The notes beneath the pieces were generated by a model. It saw only the letters and a list, made by a program, of their open reading frames with translations, was not told the DNA's origin and searched no databases. DNA of 64,000 bases from an uncultured Acidobacteriota bacterium (lineage in GTDB: Bacteria > Acidobacteriota > Thermoanaerobaculia > Multivoradales > UBA5704). The translations under genes were made by a program, and so were the position numbers. The stretch is from NCBI GenBank assembly GCA_963700145.1, contig OY969474.1, positions 3,904,001-3,968,000 of the forward strand. The letters are read 5' to 3'. This document shows, in pieces, positions 61,078-64,000 of the stretch. Every line of letters starts with the position of its first letter. Position 1 is the stretch's first letter.

Positions 61078-62468
61078 AGCACGTACCGGGAGAGGTCCTG
61101 GTCCTGGACGATGTCGACCAGGGCCTTGCGCACGTAGGCGCCGTCGACGGCGAGCGTCACGCCCGCCATGTCGGGGGCGCCGAAGGAGACCTCGTCGAGC
61201 ACCCGCTCCATCAGCGTCGCCAGGCGCCGCGCGCCGATGTTCTCGGTCGCCGAGTTGACCTCGACCGCCAGCCGCGCCAGCTCGGTCACCGCGTCGTCGG
61301 TGAAGGAGAGCGACAGGCCCTCGGTCGAGAGCAGCGCCGCGTACTGCTTGGTGAGCGCGGTCTCGGGCTCGGTCAGGATGCGCACGAAGTCGTGCTCGGT
61401 CAGGGCGTCGAGCTCCACGCGGATGGGGAACCGCCCCTGCAGCTCCGGGATCAGGTCCGAGGGCTTGGAGACGTGGAAGGCGCCGGCGGCGATGAACAGG
61501 ATGTGGTCGGTCTTGACGACGCCGTACTTGGTCGAGACCGTCGTCCCCTCGACGATCGGCAGCAGGTCGCGCTGCACCCCCTCGCGCGAGACGTCCGGGC
61601 CGCGCGAGCCTTCGCGGCCGGCGATCTTGTCGATCTCGTCGAGGAAGATCATGCCGCCCTGCTCGACGCGGTGGCGGGCCTCGCGCGCCACGGTGGCGCG
61701 GTCGATCAGCTTCTCCGACTCCTGCTGGTGGAGGATCTCCTTGGCCTCGGCCACCGTCACCTGCTGCTTCTTCTTCCGCCCGAAGAGGCCGGGGAGCATG
61801 TCCTTGACGTTGATCCCCACCTCCTCGACGCCCTGCGGCGTGAACATCTCCATGCTCGGGAAGCTGGCGTCGTCGACCTCGATCTCGACGTGCCGCGCGT
61901 CGAGCGCCCCCGAGCGCAGCTTGGCGCGGAACTTCTCGCGCGTCGCCGACAGCTCGTCGAGGTCCTCGTCGCTCTCGCTGCGCAGGTAGCTCGACACCGG
62001 CCGCGGCGGCACCAGGAGCTGGAGGAGGCGCTCCTCGGCGTTCCTGGCGGCGGCCTCGCGCACCGCCTCGCGCTTCTCCTCGCGCACCATGCCGACGGCG
62101 ATCTCCACCAGGTCGCGCACCATCGACTCGACGTCGCGCCCGACGTAGCCCACCTCGGTGAACTTGCTCGCCTCGACCTTCATGAAGGGCGCCTTGGCGA
62201 GCTTGGCCAGGCGGCGGGCGATCTCGGTCTTGCCGACGCCGGTGGGGCCGATCATCAGGATGTTCTTGGGCGCGATCTCCTCGGCGATCTCGGGCGGCAG
62301 CTGCTGGCGCCGCCAGCGGTTGCGCAGGGCGATCGCCACCGCGCGCTTGGCGTCGTGCTGGCCGACGACGTACTTGTCGAGCTCGCCGACGATCTGCCGC
62401 GGCGTCATGTTGTCGAGGGCGCCGGCCTGGGCGTCGCCGGCGGGGTGCCCCTTGAGCTCGAGCGACAT
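61074..62468 (-). CDS. hslU: ATP-dependent protease ATPase subunit HslU
   Basis: Motifs [43 protein letters not shown] and ENIGARRL. Confidence 0.98.
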   Translation of the reverse strand: MSLELKGHPAGDAQAGALDNMTPRQIVGELDKYVVGQHDAKRAVAIALRNRWRRQQLPPEIAEEIAPKNILMIGPTGVGKTEIARRLAKLAKAPFMKVEASKFTEVGYVGRDVESMVRDLVEIAVGMVREEKREAVREAAARNAEERLLQLLVPPRPVSSYLRSESDEDLDELSATREKFRAKLRSGALDARHVEIEVDDASFPSMEMFTPQGVEEVGINVKDMLPGLFGRKKKQQVTVAEAKEILHQQESEKLIDRATVAREARHRVEQGGMIFLDEIDKIAGREGSRGPDVSREGVQRDLLPIVEGTTVSTKYGVVKTDHILFIAAGAFHVSKPSDLIPELQGRFPIRVELDALTEHDFVRILTEPETALTKQYAALLSTEGLSLSFTDDAVTELARLAVEVNSATENIGARRLATLMERVLDEVSFGAPDMAGVTLAVDGAYVRKALVDIVQDQDLSRYVL

Positions 62469-62471
62469 GGC

Positions 62472-63020
62472 CTAGAGCTCCTCGACCGTCAGCTGCTCGT
62501 TGGTGAAGACGCAGATCTCGGCGGCGATGCGCATCGCCTCGCGCACGATCTCGGCGGCGTCGAGCTTCGTGTGGCGCAGCAGGGCGCGCGCCGCGGCGAG
62601 GGCGAAGTTGGCGCCGGAGCCGACCGCCAGCACCCCGTCCTCCTCGTCCGGCTGCAGCAGCTCGCCGGTGCCCGAGACGTAGAAGCTCTTCTCCTTGTCG
62701 GCCACCAGGAGCATCGCCTGGAGCTGGCGCAGGGCGCGGTCGGTGCGCCAGTCCTTGGCCAGCTCGACGACGGCGCGCTCGAGGTTCCCGCCGAACTCCT
62801 CGAGCTTGGCCTCCAGCCGGGTGAAGAGGGCGAGGGCGTCGGCGCCGCCGCCGGCGAAGCCGACCAGCACCTTCCCCTTCCCCGCCCGCCGCACCTTGCG
62901 CGCGCTCGCCTTGACGATGGTGTTGCTGTTCATCGTCACCTGGCCGTCGCTCGCCATGCACACCTTGCCGTCGCGGCGCACCAGGAGCACGGTCGTCGAA
63001 TGGAAGGTAGACGTGTCCAC
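62472..63020 (-). CDS. hslV: ATP-dependent protease peptidase subunit HslV
   Basis: [29 protein letters not shown] and ICVFTN. Confidence 0.97.
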   Translation of the reverse strand: MDTSTFHSTTVLLVRRDGKVCMASDGQVTMNSNTIVKASARKVRRAGKGKVLVGFAGGGADALALFTRLEAKLEEFGGNLERAVVELAKDWRTDRALRQLQAMLLVADKEKSFYVSGTGELLQPDEEDGVLAVGSGANFALAAARALLRHTKLDAAEIVREAMRIAAEICVFTNEQLTVEEL

Positions 63021-63068
63021 GGGGGAGGGATTCTAGCGCGGGGCTCGCGGGAGGCCCGGGAAGGGTGG

Positions 63069-63383
63069 CGGAACGTCCCCCAGAGGCCCGGGAGATGCCC
63101 CGGCGCGGCCTGGAGATCCCCCGGCGGAGCCCGAGATGTCCTCCCGGAGCCTCGGAATGTCCTCCGCAGCCCGCGGAATGCATTCCCAGCGGCCGGGAAT
63201 GTATTCCGAGGCGCCGGGAATCCATTCCGAGCGCGGCGGAATCGATTCCGAAGCCCTGGGAATCTATTCCGAGCGCCCGGGAATCGATTCCCAAGCGCTC
63301 GGAATCCATTCCCAGGCTCCGGGAACCTATTCCGAAGCCTCGGGAGCTCATCTCCCACGGCTCGGAGGCGATCTCCAGCGGCT
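63069..63383. repeat. 21-bp-period tandem array C (15 units, palindromic core GGAAT-NN-ATTCC)
   Basis: Units at 63069+21n; seven consecutive perfect cores in units 63174-63300. Confidence 0.92.
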
Positions 63384-63438
63384 CGCGGGAGCCTCCCGCC
63401 GCTCCGGGGCCGAGCCGGACCCCTGAGTCCAAGCCAGT

Positions 63439-63468
63439 TTGACGCGAGGTACGCCTCTGGCGTACGGT
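63439..63468 (+). promoter_or_regulatory. higBA promoter with palindromic operator
   Basis: TTGACG-18-TACGGT enclosing GTACGCC-tct-GGCGTAC. Confidence 0.6.
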
Positions 63469-63480
63469 GTGCCGGGGCCG

Positions 63481-63798
63481 ATGCTCCTCATCGAGACCGC
63501 GGTCTTCACGCGCCGGGTGCAGGCGCTCCTGCAGGACGATGAGTACCGTCTCCTTCAGCTCCACCTGGCCGGGCAGCCGGATGCCGGGCCTGTGATCAAG
63601 GGCGCCGGCGGCTTGCGAAAGGCACGCTGGTCGGTTGGAGCACGCGGCAAGCGCGGAGGCGTACGGGTGATCTACTACTGGGCGAAGCCACAGGATCGCA
63701 TCCTCATGCTGTTGATCTACTCGAAGGCTGAGCGCGACGACCTCACCAGGGCTCAGATAGGAATTCTGCGAAAGATCGTGGAGGACGAGTATTCATGA
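63481..63798 (+). CDS. RelE/HigB-family toxin
   Basis: IET..F..PDAG.VI.G.GGLRKARW..GKRGGVRVIYY..IYSK.E.DDL. Confidence 0.9.
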   Translation: MLLIETAVFTRRVQALLQDDEYRLLQLHLAGQPDAGPVIKGAGGLRKARWSVGARGKRGGVRVIYYWAKPQDRILMLLIYSKAERDDLTRAQIGILRKIVEDEYS

Positions 63799-64000
63799 AG
63801 CAGGAGTTGTTCTCCGAGTTGGTTGAGAGCGTTCGCGAGGGTGGCGCCATTCTCAAGGGCAAGGCGAAACCGTCACGGGTCTTCGAGGTGAAGACGCCGG
63901 AGGTTCGGGAGATTCGGGAAGCCTACGACCTCTCGCAAGCCGAGTTCGCGGCATTGCTCGGCATCAGCGTCGACACCGTCCAGAACTGGGAACAGGGTCG
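63795..64000 (+). CDS. HigA-like XRE HTH antitoxin (truncated by the window end)
   Basis: MKQELFSELVESVREG...IREAYDLSQAEFAALLGISVDTVQNWEQG; ATGA overlap with the toxin. Confidence 0.88.
   Translation, partial: MKQELFSELVESVREGGAILKGKAKPSRVFEVKTPEVREIREAYDLSQAEFAALLGISVDTVQNWEQG

Noticed and set aside
63069-63383. Mini-CRISPR interpretation of the 21-bp arrays
   Set aside because: The linkers are only about 9 nt, too short to act as guides, and there are no cas genes

Overview
High-GC bacterial chromosome segment. Gene content and secreted-protein style suggest Acidobacteriota, probably Thermoanaerobaculia-like; this is an inference to test with the 16S. The housekeeping backbone comprises purD, ricT/PSP1, an Hfq-like gene, pdxA, pntAb-pntB, purM-purN, a complete rRNA operon (16S-tRNA-Ile-tRNA-Ala-23S-5S, two promoters), argF, alpha-2-macroglobulin + pbpC, a DEAD-box helicase, DUF72, an SLC13 permease, peptidases, dapF and hslUV. 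Accessory patches lie at about 24.8-27.1 kb, 36.5-47 kb and 51.5-55 kb. They include an intact IS256 with an 8-bp target duplication, TIR remnants and a VapBC-type module; a HigBA-type module lies at the window end. Two signals are not explained by ordinary annotation. (1) At 38126-38495 there is an array of four tandem 19-23 codon peptide genes (MKV[Q/K]TNLKAG-ARHQIID-xG), three intact with perfect Shine-Dalgarno sequences and one frameshifted at its start, divergent from a wHTH-FHA regulator. (2) A dispersed family of intergenic arrays has an exact 21-bp period and palindromic cores (at about 40.0, 44.6 and 63.1 kb); two of them share a homologous left flank. A REP-like palindrome family also occurs four times, twice as half-copies that appear to be translated into protein N-termini.
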